This document shows, in pieces, positions 41,290-50,748 of a stretch of DNA of 64,000 nt (position 1 is the first letter of the stretch; the number at the start of each line of letters is the position of its first letter). Where the stretch lies: the NCBI GenBank assembly GCA_035708865.1, contig DASTFF010000001.1, positions 4,333-68,332 of the forward strand. The letters are read 5' to 3'. The stretch is from Gemmatimonadota bacterium (lineage in GTDB: Bacteria; Gemmatimonadota; Gemmatimonadetes; JACCXV01; JAHWKZ01). The notes below the pieces were generated by a model. That model worked only from the letters and a program-made list of their open reading frames with translations, had not been told where the DNA came from and made no database searches. A program made the position numbers and the translations under genes.

Positions 41290-42191
41290 GACGGCCGCTC
41301 CGCCACCGTGGCGATCCCCGCGCGCGCCCGGCGGGCGGCCTTCAGCGTGTTGTCGAGCAGCATGGCGATCGTCATCGGGCCGACACCTCCCGGCACCGGG
41401 GTCAGCCAGCCGGCGACCTCGCCGACCGCGGGATCCACGTCGCCGACCAGCCGGTAGCCCCGCTCCACGGCCGGATCTTCGATCCGGTTCATGCCGACGT
41501 CGATCACCGTCGCTCCCGGCTTGACCATCTCCTTCGTGACGACGCCGGCCCGCCCCACCGCGGCCACGAGGATGTCGGCGCGGCGAACGTGGGCGGCCAG
41601 GTCCGCCGTCCGGCTGTGGCAGATGGTCACCGTGGCGTGGGCGTGGAGCAGCAGGAGCGCGGTCGGCTTCCCGACGATGTCGCTCCTGCCGATCACCACC
41701 GCCTCGGCCCCCTTCGGCTGGATGCCGGTCGCGGCGACGAGACGCATGATCCCGGCCGGCGTGGCGGGCACGAAGCCGGTCTCAAGGTCACCCGCCACCA
41801 GCCGGCCGACGTTCAGCGGGTGGAAGCCGTCGACGTCCTTGCCCGGATCGACGGCGATCAGGACCCGCCGAGTGTCGATCTGGGGCGGCAGCGGAAGCTG
41901 GACGAGGAGGCCGTGAATCGCGGGGTCGCCGTTCAGCTCCGCCACCAGCTCCAGCACCCCGGCCTCGGAGATCGAGGCCGGCCGGCGCACCGTCCGCGAC
42001 ACAAACCCCGCCTCCTCGCACGCCTTGCCCTTCATCCGCACGTAGGTGGCGGAGGCGGGGTCGTCCCCCACCAGGACCGCCGCCAGGCCGGGAACGATGC
42101 CGGTCTCCTCGCTGAGCCGCGCCGCTTCCCGGGCCACCGCCTGACGGACGTCGCGGGCTACCGCCCGGCCGTCGAGCGTGCGCGCGCTCAT
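41286..42191 (-). CDS. folD: Bifunctional methylenetetrahydrofolate dehydrogenase/cyclohydrolase
   Basis: [13 protein letters not shown] plus NAD(P)-binding [12 protein letters not shown] at 42191 overlaps the tdk TGA. The upstream part of the track ORF is rejected. Confidence 0.9.
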   Translation of the reverse strand: MSARTLDGRAVARDVRQAVAREAARLSEETGIVPGLAAVLVGDDPASATYVRMKGKACEEAGFVSRTVRRPASISEAGVLELVAELNGDPAIHGLLVQLPLPPQIDTRRVLIAVDPGKDVDGFHPLNVGRLVAGDLETGFVPATPAGIMRLVAATGIQPKGAEAVVIGRSDIVGKPTALLLLHAHATVTICHSRTADLAAHVRRADILVAAVGRAGVVTKEMVKPGATVIDVGMNRIEDPAVERGYRLVGDVDPAVGEVAGWLTPVPGGVGPMTIAMLLDNTLKAARRARAGIATVAERPS

Positions 42192-42802
42192 CCGCCGCCC
42201 GCCTGGCGCGGGCCGATGTCCAGGGCGAGCTCCCGCTGCCCGGGCCGCGGCTCGAAGCACTGCCGGCACCGCGCCTCGTAGGACGCCGAGCCGCCGACCA
42301 CGATCCGCTCCTCGTTGTCCACGATCCGTTGCGTGAAGTTGGCGGGGTTCCCGCAGCGAACGCAGATGGCCAGGGTCTTGGTGATGTCTTCGGCCCTGGC
42401 GAGGAGCTGCGGGAGGGGCTCGAAGGGGCGCCCCATGAAATCCAGGTCGAGCCCGGCGACGACCACGCGCTTGCCAAGGTACGCCAGCCGATCGCACACC
42501 TCGATCAGCCGCTCGTCGAAGAACTGGGCCTCGTCGACCCCGACCACCTCGGTGCGAGGGTCGAGACGCTCGAGGATCTGCGGAGCGTGAGGGACCCGCT
42601 CGGCCTCGATCCGCATCGCCGAGTGGCTGACGATCTCGTCGGCGGCGAAGCGGTCGTCGACCAGCGGCTTGAACACCTGGACCCTCTGGCGCGCGATCTC
42701 GGCCCGCCGCAGGCGCCGGATCAGCTCCTCCGACTTGCCGCTGAACATGGGGCCGCAGATCACCTCGATCCATCCCATCGAGCCACGGACGAACGGGCTC
42801 AT
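42188..42802 (-). CDS. tdk: Thymidine kinase
   Basis: P-loop [11 protein letters not shown] and C-terminal zinc ribbon (CVRCG..CRQC). Alternative start at M9. Confidence 0.85.
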   Translation of the reverse strand: MSPFVRGSMGWIEVICGPMFSGKSEELIRRLRRAEIARQRVQVFKPLVDDRFAADEIVSHSAMRIEAERVPHAPQILERLDPRTEVVGVDEAQFFDERLIEVCDRLAYLGKRVVVAGLDLDFMGRPFEPLPQLLARAEDITKTLAICVRCGNPANFTQRIVDNEERIVVGGSASYEARCRQCFEPRPGQRELALDIGPRQAGGG

Positions 42803-42841
42803 CGGCCGGACTCCGCCCGCGCCGGTGCCGTAGTGCAGGCG

Positions 42842-43624
42842 TCAATCGTACGGCTCATCGATCCTCTCGATGGCGGTCGCCCGGCCGATGGCCGGGTCGA
42901 CCGTGATGACGACGGCCTGGAACCGGACGTCCTCCTCGGCGACTTCGAATCGGTTCGGCGTCTGCTTGAGGAAGCGCTCGATCGCGCTGCCGGCCCGGAC
43001 GCCGATCACCCCGCCGTGCGGCCCCGTCATGCCGACATCGGTGACGTAAGCCGTCCCGCGGGGCAGGATGCGGGCGTCCGCCGACGGGACGTGCGTGTGG
43101 GTGCCGACCAGGGCGCTGACCCGGCCGTCCGCATAGTGGGCGAGCGCGATCTTCTCGGCCGTCGCCTCGGCGTGAAAGTCGACCACCACCACCTCCGCGG
43201 CACCGACCTCCGGCCGATCCAGGAGGGCGTCCAGCCGCCGGAAGGGGCAGTCGAGGTCCTTCATGAACACCCGCCCTTGCAGGTTGAGGACGGCCACCTG
43301 GCGCCCGGCCCGCGTCGCTGCCCATACGCCGCGTCCGGGATTGCCGCGTGGGTAGTTGTCGGGGCGCAGGATGCGCGATTCGCGGTCGAGGGCCTCGTAG
43401 ATCTCGCGCCGGTCCCAGACGTGGTTGCCGGTGGTGACGACGTCCACGTCGTCGCCGAGGATGGAATCCAGGATCGACGGGGTGATCCCGAAGCCGCCGG
43501 CCGCGTTCTCGCCGTTGACGATCACGAGGTCGGGGGCATGCGTCGCGCGGCTCGACGCCAGGCCCCGCTTGAGGGCCCGGCGGCCCGGCCGGCCGAAAAC
43601 GTCGCCGACGAACAGAACTTTCAT
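42842..43624 (-). CDS. ymdB: YmdB-like metallophosphoesterase (TIGR00282 family)
   Basis: [35 protein letters not shown] metallophosphatase motifs. Confidence 0.8.
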   Translation of the reverse strand: MKVLFVGDVFGRPGRRALKRGLASSRATHAPDLVIVNGENAAGGFGITPSILDSILGDDVDVVTTGNHVWDRREIYEALDRESRILRPDNYPRGNPGRGVWAATRAGRQVAVLNLQGRVFMKDLDCPFRRLDALLDRPEVGAAEVVVVDFHAEATAEKIALAHYADGRVSALVGTHTHVPSADARILPRGTAYVTDVGMTGPHGGVIGVRAGSAIERFLKQTPNRFEVAEEDVRFQAVVITVDPAIGRATAIERIDEPYD

Positions 43625-43639
43625 GCGCGAGGGGGCCTC

Positions 43640-43850
43640 GGGACGGAACGAGAAAGACCCCGCCGCGACGCACCGGAGAGGATTTTTTGACGCCCTCGCT
43701 GATACAGTGGGTATCCTGCTCGCCCGATTCTCGCTTCCTCCTGGGAGGCGTGCGATCGGCAGGCGAAACGAGGATCCCTTCGAGTGCGTGTTGGCTCAAA
43801 AAATGGTCTCCCCGGATCCGCGCGAGCGGGGTCTTTCCCGCCCGTTTCGA
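43640..43850 (-). ncRNA. Candidate structured ncRNA, 6S (SsrS)-like architecture; strand assigned by synteny with zapA
   Basis: 260-nt gap between zapA and ymdB with locally lower GC. A 12-bp perfect long-range complement (gaaagaccccgc at 43652-43663 with gcggggtctttc at 43826-43837) encloses ~162 nt. A nested 8-bp complement follows (ttttttga ~43683-43690 with tcaaaaaa ~43796-43803). This gives a rod-like closing stem with internal loops and a ~105-nt central region, and lies downstream of zapA as ssrS does in E. coli. Confidence 0.35.
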
Positions 43851-43884
43851 TCGATCGGCCCTGTCGTCTCCTTTCCTCTTCGTC

Positions 43885-44241
43885 CTACTTCCTGCGGGTC
43901 TGCTTCCTGTTCCTGGCGTCAGTGGACGGCTTGGCGGCGAGGACGGCCGTCTCGGCCAGCGCCTCGTCCACGTCCGTCTCGAGCCCGCGAACCCGGGCCA
44001 CCGCGTCGGCCAGGCTGACGGCGCCGAGGCGGCGCGTCTCGAACAGGCCGTCGGTGATCTCCATCGCCCCCAAAACCGCGGTCTGGAACGGCTCGAGCGT
44101 CGGCGCCGAGCCCCGCAGCTGGCGCAAGGTGCGGTCCACGTGGGCCGCCACGTCGCGGGTGTAATCCGGGTCGGCCGCCGAGCGCAGCCGAAACGGCTCG
44201 TCCAGGACGGTGACCTTGATCGTCTTCTTGTCGTCGCTCAT
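43885..44241 (-). CDS. zapA: Cell division protein ZapA
   Basis: MSDDKKTIKVTVLDEPFRLRS..AAHVDRTLRQL ZapA fold, 118 aa. ATGA overlap with the upstream coiled-coil gene. The upstream part of the track ORF is rejected. Confidence 0.8.
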   Translation of the reverse strand: MSDDKKTIKVTVLDEPFRLRSAADPDYTRDVAAHVDRTLRQLRGSAPTLEPFQTAVLGAMEITDGLFETRRLGAVSLADAVARVRGLETDVDEALAETAVLAAKPSTDARNRKQTRRK

Positions 44242-44543
44242 GCCTCGACCACGTATCGCACGCGCGACAGCAGCTCCTTCAGCTTCGTCTCGAGGAACTC
44301 CGCATGACGGGAGATGCGCTCGTTCTCCGACTCCAGCTCGCGGACCCGCTCGTCGAGCGCCACCGGATCGAGACCGCCTTCGAGCCGCCGGCGGACGGCT
44401 TCTTCCTCCCGGCATCGCTCGGCGAGCTGACGGGTCCGCTCGACGAGCAACTTAACCTTGTCCCCCAGCGCGTCCAGCGCGACCGCCAGCTCCGCAGCGC
44501 GCTCGCGCGCCTCGTCCCGCTCCTTGGTCTCACGCGCCGTCAT
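44238..44543 (-). CDS. Small coiled-coil protein (ZapB-like / cell-division associated, uncertain)
   Basis: 101-aa all-helical heptad-rich product, translationally coupled on both sides (pheT stop and zapA start, ATGA overlaps). Confidence 0.45.
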   Translation of the reverse strand: MTARETKERDEARERAAELAVALDALGDKVKLLVERTRQLAERCREEEAVRRRLEGGLDPVALDERVRELESENERISRHAEFLETKLKELLSRVRYVVEA

Positions 44544-46933
44544 CGCAACCGGTACCCGTGCTCCCTGCCCAGGGTCTCGACCAGCGCGGCGATCCGCGCG
44601 TCGATCGACTCGTCCGTCAGCGTGCGCTCGGCCTGGAACGTGAGCCTGAGGCCGAGGCTGAGGTGCCCATCCGGGACCTGGGGCCCCCGGTAACGGTCGA
44701 AGACCTCGATCCGGACGAGATCTTCCACGCCCGCTTCGCGGACCGCTTGCACCACTCGCTCGCTGGCCTGGCCTTCGGGCACGATCAGCGCCAGATCCCG
44801 CTCCACGGCGGGCTCCCTCGGTACGCCTCGCAGCGAGAGCGGCGAGGGCTCGCGTGTCACGGCGTCCAGCGCCAGCTCGGCCACTACCAGCCGGCCTTCC
44901 ACACCCCACCCTTCCGCGACCGCCGGATGGACCTCGCCGATGAACCCCACCTCGCGGTCCGTCCGGAGCCCGATCCGCCGGCCGGCGTGCAGGAAGGCGT
45001 GGTCGGTCGGCGCGAACGAGACGTCCCCGGCGCCCACTTGCGAGAGGAGCTCCTCGATCGTCCCCTTGACGTCGAAGAAGTCGGTCGGCTCGACCGGCCG
45101 CGACCAGTCGGCCGGCCGCGTGGGACCGATCGCGGCCAGCGACACGCGCCGGCTCTCCTCCACGCCGCCTTGCCGGCCGCGCCGGAAGGCGTGCCCGATC
45201 TCGAACAGCCGCACTCCGCTCGCCCCGCGATTCAGGTTGTGGACCACGGCCCCCGCGAGGGTGACGATGAGGAACGGCCTCAAGAACCGCTCCGCCTTGG
45301 AAATAGGATTTCGAATCTCAACCAGATTGTCAACTCCCGCCGCGGCCTCGACGACGGCCTCGCCCACGAAGGTGGGGGTCCGTGCCTCGTCGTAGCCGGC
45401 GCCGCGAAGGATCTCCCGGACGCGCTCGAGCGCGCGCTCGGCGGGGCCCGGAGCCGGGGCCATCGGCGGCGCCGGCAGACGGACCGCCGGGATCATGTCG
45501 TAGCCGGTCGTCCGGGCCACCTCCTCGATCAGGTCCACCTCCCGCTCGACGTCGAAGCGCCACGAGGGGACCCCGGCGACGAGCGTCCCGTCGCCCTCGG
45601 CCCGAACCGCGAACCCCAGGCTCCGAAGCGCGCGGCCGGCCTCCTCCTCAGCGATCGGCCGGCCGACGAGGACCTCGAGACGCCGAGTCCGGAGCTCGAT
45701 CCGGGGGCGCTCGGCGGGAGCCGTTGCATCCCCCACCCGCCCCTCCGCCACGCGGCCGCCCGCCAGCTCCGCGATCAGGGCCGCCGCGCGGTCCAGGGCC
45801 GGCGCGGTGATGGCCGGGTCGACCCCGCGCGAGAAGCGGATCGCGGCGTCGGTCCGCAAGCCGAGGCCGCGCGCCGTGCGCGCGACCCGGGCCGGCTCGA
45901 ACCAGGCCGCCTCGAGGAACACCTCGCTCGTACCCGCCCCGACCTCGCTGTCGAGCCCGCCCATCACGCCTCCGACCGCCACCGCCCGTTCGCCGTCGGC
46001 GATCACCGTCGTCTCCGGGTCGAGCCGGCGGGCCCGGCCGTCCAGCGTCACGATCTCCTCGCCCGGGCGGGGCCGGCGCACCACGATGCGCCGCCCGGCC
46101 AGCCGGGCCGCGTCGAACGGATGAAGCGGCTGCCCGCACTCGAGCATGACCCAGTTGGTCGCGTCGACGACGTTGTTGACCGGCCGGGCGCCAAGGGCGA
46201 GCAGCCGGACCTGGAGCCAGGCCGGGCTCGGGCCGACCGCGACACCGCGAATCAGCCGGCCCAGATAGGCCGGGCAGCCCTCACGGTCCTCCACCTCCAC
46301 CGCGACGTCGACCCGCGGGCCGGACTCCTCCAGCCCGCGCACGGGCAGGCTCGCTTCGGCGCCCGCCAACCATTGCGCCTCGCGCGCCATCCCCAGGTGG
46401 CACAGCAGGTCACCCCGATTGGACGCCACGTCCACCACGAGGATCCGGTCGTCCAGGTCGAGCACCTCGACCAGGTCGCGGCCGAGGTCACCCTCGCCGA
46501 CGCCCGGCACCGGCCAGATCCCCTCGGCCGAGCCGAGCGCCTCCAGGCCCAGCTCGGGGGCCGAGCAGAGCATCCCCTGGGACTCCACGCCGCGGATCCG
46601 GGCGCGGCGGATCTCGCGCCCCCCGGGGAGGCGCGCGCCTTCGGTGGCGTACGCGTAGATCGTCCCGACCTCGACGTTGGGGGCCCCGCACACCACTTGC
46701 CGCTCGCCGTCCCCCGCCGCCACACGGCACAGCGTCAGGCGGTCGGCGTTCGGGTGCCGGCCGGCCTCCAGGACCCGCCCCAGAACCACCCCCTCGAGCT
46801 CGGCGAACGGCCGCCGGATCTCGTCCACCGCCAGCCCCTGCAGGGTCAGGCGCTGCGCCACCCGGTCCGGATCGAGGCCGGCGAGCGCCCCGTCCGGGAA
46901 CAGTTCCCGAAGCCAGCTCCAGGAGACGTTCAT
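44540..46933 (-). CDS. pheT: Phenylalanine--tRNA ligase beta subunit
   Basis: tRNA-binding OB domain (MNVSWSWLREL..), B3/B4, B5 and FDX-ACB domains. ATG at 46933 overlaps the pheS TGA. The upstream 153 codons of the track ORF are rejected. Confidence 0.9.
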   Translation of the reverse strand: MNVSWSWLRELFPDGALAGLDPDRVAQRLTLQGLAVDEIRRPFAELEGVVLGRVLEAGRHPNADRLTLCRVAAGDGERQVVCGAPNVEVGTIYAYATEGARLPGGREIRRARIRGVESQGMLCSAPELGLEALGSAEGIWPVPGVGEGDLGRDLVEVLDLDDRILVVDVASNRGDLLCHLGMAREAQWLAGAEASLPVRGLEESGPRVDVAVEVEDREGCPAYLGRLIRGVAVGPSPAWLQVRLLALGARPVNNVVDATNWVMLECGQPLHPFDAARLAGRRIVVRRPRPGEEIVTLDGRARRLDPETTVIADGERAVAVGGVMGGLDSEVGAGTSEVFLEAAWFEPARVARTARGLGLRTDAAIRFSRGVDPAITAPALDRAAALIAELAGGRVAEGRVGDATAPAERPRIELRTRRLEVLVGRPIAEEEAGRALRSLGFAVRAEGDGTLVAGVPSWRFDVEREVDLIEEVARTTGYDMIPAVRLPAPPMAPAPGPAERALERVREILRGAGYDEARTPTFVGEAVVEAAAGVDNLVEIRNPISKAERFLRPFLIVTLAGAVVHNLNRGASGVRLFEIGHAFRRGRQGGVEESRRVSLAAIGPTRPADWSRPVEPTDFFDVKGTIEELLSQVGAGDVSFAPTDHAFLHAGRRIGLRTDREVGFIGEVHPAVAEGWGVEGRLVVAELALDAVTREPSPLSLRGVPREPAVERDLALIVPEGQASERVVQAVREAGVEDLVRIEVFDRYRGPQVPDGHLSLGLRLTFQAERTLTDESIDARIAALVETLGREHGYRLR

Positions 46934-47970
46934 CGGCCGGCGAACTGATGCAGGAAGCGGAGGTCGTTCTCGAAGAACATCCGGATGTCGGGCACGCCGT
47001 ACTTGATCATGGCGACGCGCTCGATCCCCATGCCCCAGGCGAAGCCGGTGTACCGCTCGCTGTCGTACCCCACCGCCTCGAGCACGGCCGGGTGCACCAT
47101 CCCGCACCCCAGGAGCTCGAGCCATCCGCTCCCCTTGCAGGCCCGACACCCCGCGCCGCGGCACAGCATGCAGCGGCCGTCGAGCTCGGCGGACGGCTCG
47201 GTGAACGGGAAGTAAGAGGCGCGGAAGCGTACGTCGACCTCGGGGCCGTAACAGCGGTGGACGAACTCCGTGAGCGCCCACTTGAGATGGGCGAGCGAGA
47301 TCCCCTCGTCCACCCACAGCCCCTCGATCTGATGGAAGTAGGGGGAGTGGGAGGCGTCCGGCGTGTCGTTGCGGAAGACCCGTCCCGGGCACACCACCCG
47401 GACCGGCGGCGGGCCCGACTCCATCACCCGGACCTGGACCGGCGACGTGTGGGTCCGCAGCACCAGGTCATCGCTGACGTAGATCGTGTCCATCTCTTCA
47501 CGCGCGGGGTGGCCGGCCGGGATGTTGAGGGCCTCGAAATTGTGCCACACCGTTTCGACCTCGGGACCCGACGCGACATCGAACCCCATGTCGCGGAAGG
47601 TCTCGAGCAGCTCCTCGGTGACGATGGTGAGGGGATGCCGCGTCCCGAACGGGCGGCGGCGACCGGGAAGCGTGACGTCGATCCGCTCGGCTTCGAGCCG
47701 CTCCGCCAGAGCGCCCCCCGCGAGCTCGCGGGCGCGCTCCCCCAGGACTGATTCGATGCCCTCCTTGACGCGGTTCACCAGCTCGCCGGCGGCCGGGCGC
47801 TCATCCGCCGGCAGGGCGCCGATGGACCGCGCCTCGAGGGTCAGCCGCCCCTTGCGGCCGAGCGTCCGGACACGGATCTCCTCGACCTCGTCGGGGCTGG
47901 TCGCCGCCCTCAGCTCACGCTCCACGTCGCGCTGGAGGGCCTCCAGCCGCTCGTGCAGCGAGCTGGTCAT
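46930..47970 (-). CDS. pheS: Phenylalanine--tRNA ligase alpha subunit
   Basis: Class II aaRS core with motifs 1-3 (FRNDTPDASHSPYFHQIEG; GWMGFGMG-like region). Confidence 0.9.
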   Translation of the reverse strand: MTSSLHERLEALQRDVERELRAATSPDEVEEIRVRTLGRKGRLTLEARSIGALPADERPAAGELVNRVKEGIESVLGERARELAGGALAERLEAERIDVTLPGRRRPFGTRHPLTIVTEELLETFRDMGFDVASGPEVETVWHNFEALNIPAGHPAREEMDTIYVSDDLVLRTHTSPVQVRVMESGPPPVRVVCPGRVFRNDTPDASHSPYFHQIEGLWVDEGISLAHLKWALTEFVHRCYGPEVDVRFRASYFPFTEPSAELDGRCMLCRGAGCRACKGSGWLELLGCGMVHPAVLEAVGYDSERYTGFAWGMGIERVAMIKYGVPDIRMFFENDLRFLHQFAGR

Positions 47971-48004
47971 GGAAGGGACGCGGGCAGGACTCCGGGCCGG
48001 TCGT

Positions 48005-48358
48005 TCAAAGCCTGGCCTTGGCGGTCGCGGCCAGCTCCGCGAACCCCTCCGGATCGTTGACCGCGAGCTCGGCGAGGAGCTTGCGATCGATCTCGATCTC
48101 GGCCGTCTTCAAGCCGTACATGAACCGGGAGTACGACAGCCCGTGCTCGCGGGCGGCGGCGTTGATGCGTGTGATCCAGAGCTTGCGAAACTGCCGCTTG
48201 CGGTCGCGCCGGTCGCGATAGGCGAACTGGAGACCCCGCTCGAGGGTCTCGCGGGCGGGGATGTACAACCGGTGACGGCCGCCTCGGTAGCCGCGGGCCT
48301 GCTTGAGGATCTTCTTGCGGCGCCGGGTGCGCTGCACGTTGTTGGACGCGCGGGGCAT
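48005..48358 (-). CDS. rplT: 50S ribosomal protein L20
   Basis: [26 protein letters not shown].. is near-universal L20 sequence. Confidence 0.95.
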   Translation of the reverse strand: MPRASNNVQRTRRRKKILKQARGYRGGRHRLYIPARETLERGLQFAYRDRRDRKRQFRKLWITRINAAAREHGLSYSRFMYGLKTAEIEIDRKLLAELAVNDPEGFAELAATAKARL

Positions 48359-48367
48359 GGTGACCTC

Positions 48368-48562
48368 CTAGGCGGAGAGAAGCCGCCGGATGCGGCCCTC
48401 GTCGACCGGGTGGACGTACGCGGTCTTGCGCAGATGGCGCTTCCGCTTGGTCGTCTTTTTCGTCAGGATGTGGCGCATGTAGCCGTGCTTGCGCTTGATG
48501 CGCCCGCCGGCGGTCTTCCGGAAGCGCTTCGCGGCGCCCCGGTTCGTCTTCATCTTCGGCAT
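48368..48562 (-). CDS. rpmI: 50S ribosomal protein L35
   Basis: [26 protein letters not shown].. is canonical L35. Confidence 0.95.
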   Translation of the reverse strand: MPKMKTNRGAAKRFRKTAGGRIKRKHGYMRHILTKKTTKRKRHLRKTAYVHPVDEGRIRRLLSA

Positions 48563-48579
48563 GGCTGTCTCCTACCGGC

Positions 48580-49110
48580 TCACTTCTTCACGTTGGCCTT
48601 CATGTTGGGCGCCAGGATGAGGAACATGTTCCGTCCCTCCAGACGCGCCGCCTGCTCGACCACCGCCAGATCCCCTATCTCCTCGATGACGTCGTCGAGG
48701 ACCTCGCGGCCGTTCTCCGTATGGGCCATCTCGCGACCCCGGAACATGATCGTCACCTTGACCTTGTTGCGTTCCTCGAGGAAGCGCTTGATGTGACGCG
48801 TCTTGAACTCGAAGTCGTGCTCCTCGATGTTCGGACGCATCTTGATCTCCTTCATCTGCGTTACGTGCTGCTTGCGCCGCGCTTCCCGATCGGCCTTGGC
48901 CTGCTCGTACTTGTAGCGCCCATAGTCCATGATGCGGCAGACGGGCGGCCGGGCGGTGGGCGCCACCTCCACCAGATCGAGACCTCGTTCGCGGGCCGTC
49001 GCTTGCGCTTCTTCGATCGGTACCACGCCGACCTGCTCACCCTTGTCGTCGATCAGCCGGACCGGTGAAAAGCGGATCTGCTCGTTGACCCGCGGTTCGT
49101 TGTTGGCGAT
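48580..49110 (-). CDS. infC: Translation initiation factor IF-3 with a non-AUG (AUC) start
   Basis: IF3 N- and C-domains (NEQIRFSPVRLIDDKGEQVGVV..; KEIKMRPNIEEHDFEFKTRHIKRFLE..). Perfect AGGAGG SD 5 nt upstream of an in-frame ATC at 49108-49110. No ATG/GTG/TTG lies between the SD and the IF3 N-domain. The upstream 160 codons of the track ORF are rejected. Confidence 0.85.
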   Translation of the reverse strand: MANNEPRVNEQIRFSPVRLIDDKGEQVGVVPIEEAQATARERGLDLVEVAPTARPPVCRIMDYGRYKYEQAKADREARRKQHVTQMKEIKMRPNIEEHDFEFKTRHIKRFLEERNKVKVTIMFRGREMAHTENGREVLDDVIEEIGDLAVVEQAARLEGRNMFLILAPNMKANVKK

Positions 49111-49462
49111 GCAAACCTCCTGGTTGGACGTCGAGGCCGCGCGGTCGCTCCGACCGCTCTGGCCGTGCGTGAAAAAGGCGAGTCCCCCGCCTGCCGCGGA
49201 CGCCCGCCCCAAAAAGCGCCGCGCCGGCGTCTGCCCGAGGCAGCGTCGGCGTCGCGCCACGATACCCGCGGACAGCGCGTGGCGTCCGTCGGGCGAGAAG
49301 CCCGGGGCTTCTGCTTCCTCTGTCGAGAGCCGTCCCCGCGCAGGCGGACGGCAAGGGCAAAGATAACGTCCCGGTGTGGCCCGGGTCAACGCGACCGGAT
49401 CGGTGTCCAGGCCGCACCTGCCGGCCCCCGGCGCGCGGGGATCGACCCGGGACCGGACCCGG
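49111..49462 (-). promoter_or_regulatory. Long structured infC leader with two hairpin+U-tract elements (candidate attenuator / ribosomal-protein autoregulatory leader)
   Basis: 352-nt untranslated gap. The transcript strand carries cgccg-gcg-cggcg followed by cUUUUU (plus-strand 49211-49229), then aggcg-ggggacu-cgccu followed by UUUU (plus-strand 49171-49192), about 85-130 nt upstream of the infC start. Confidence 0.35.
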
Positions 49463-49846
49463 TCAGCCGCGCTCGATGAGCTCGATCTCGATCCCGTCCG
49501 GATCGCGGATGAAGGCGATCCGGCTCCCCCCCTCGGTGACCCGGTAGGGTCCGCGGGAAAACTCCACGCCGTGCCCCCGCAGCTCTTCACGGGTGGCGTC
49601 GAGGTCCGCGACGCCGAACGCGAAATGGCCGAACTGGTTCCCCAGCTCGTAGTCGCGGCCGTCGTGGTTGAAGGTGAGCTCGAGCGGATGGTTCCCCGTC
49701 TCGTCGACGAGGAAGACGAGCGTGGCGTCGGCCTTCTCTAGCACCGCGCGCCGATCCTCCTTCAGTCCCAGCACCTGCGTGTAGAAACCGACCGCGCGGT
49801 CGAGATCCTTGACGCGGATCATCGTGTGCAGAAGCCGTGTCTTCAT
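49463..49846 (-). CDS. Glyoxalase/VOC-family protein (lactoylglutathione lyase-like)
   Basis: 127 aa with paired beta-alpha-beta-beta-beta modules (MIRVKDLDRAVGFYTQVLGL..HFAFGVADLDA..GIEIELIE). ATG at 49844-49846. Confidence 0.8.
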   Translation of the reverse strand: MKTRLLHTMIRVKDLDRAVGFYTQVLGLKEDRRAVLEKADATLVFLVDETGNHPLELTFNHDGRDYELGNQFGHFAFGVADLDATREELRGHGVEFSRGPYRVTEGGSRIAFIRDPDGIEIELIERG

Positions 49847-49872
49847 GTGATCCCTCGTCCGGGGGTTTCGGT

Positions 49873-50748
49873 TCAACGCGGCGCGGGCTCCCGGTGGCGG
49901 CCGCGCCGCTCGCGCCAGGCCCGTACCACGCGCGCCAGGTCGCCACCGGCCTCGACCTCGCGGTTCAGCGCGCGCATGCCGGCCTCGTCGAGCGATCCCT
50001 CCAGCCCCGCCAGGACCCCGCCCACCGCCGGGTGCCGCCCGAGCGTCTCCGAGCGCACCACCGGCGCCGCCTGGTACGGCGGAAAGTAGCGGCGGTCGTC
50101 GGCCAGCACTACGAGGTCCAGCGACTCGATGCGGCCGTCGGTCGAGTTGGCGACCGCGACGTCGATCCGGCGCTCCGCGAGAGCCCGGTACATGAGGCCG
50201 AGGTCGAGCTGGAGGATCCGGCCGAACTCGAATCCGTACGCCTTCGCGAGCCCCGGATACCCGTCCTCGCGCGCCATGAACTCGGGGCCGAAGCCGGCCC
50301 TCATCCGCGCCGCGACCGGGCCCAGGTCGGTGATCGTCGCGAGGTCGAGCGATTCGGCGTCGGCCCGCCGGACGACCAGCGCGAACGTGTTCTGGAAACC
50401 CAGCGGGGGCCCCCACTCCAGCCCCCACCGCTCCGCGTACGCGTCGGCGACCTCCCGGAACGCACGCTCCGGTTCCTGGATCGGAGGCCGCTTTAGGATC
50501 GCGGTCAGGGCCGTCCCCGTGTACTCGGGATAGAGATCGATCCCTCCGTTCACGATCGCGCTGTGACAGACGAACGTCCCCCCCAGGTGAAAGCGCCGCT
50601 CGACCGGGACCCCGCGCGCCTCGAGCTCCTGCGCGAGGATCTCTCCGAGGACGTCCTGCTCGGTGAAGTTTTTCGAGCCGATCACGACCGCGTCCGCCGG
50701 ATGGCAGGCGAGGCCGAGAACGAGCAGGGCGGGGAACGCGCGTCTCAC
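49873..50748 (-). CDS. Quaternary-amine (glycine betaine/choline/ergothioneine-type) ABC transporter substrate-binding protein, OpuAC/OpuBC family
   Basis: Signal peptide (V)RRAFPALLVLGLACHPADA, then OpuAC fold (VIGSKNFTEQDVLGEILAQ..YPEYTG). GTG start overlaps the permease TGA (GTGA). The upstream ~174 codons of the track ORF are rejected. Confidence 0.8.
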   Translation of the reverse strand: MRRAFPALLVLGLACHPADAVVIGSKNFTEQDVLGEILAQELEARGVPVERRFHLGGTFVCHSAIVNGGIDLYPEYTGTALTAILKRPPIQEPERAFREVADAYAERWGLEWGPPLGFQNTFALVVRRADAESLDLATITDLGPVAARMRAGFGPEFMAREDGYPGLAKAYGFEFGRILQLDLGLMYRALAERRIDVAVANSTDGRIESLDLVVLADDRRYFPPYQAAPVVRSETLGRHPAVGGVLAGLEGSLDEAGMRALNREVEAGGDLARVVRAWRERRGRHREPAPR

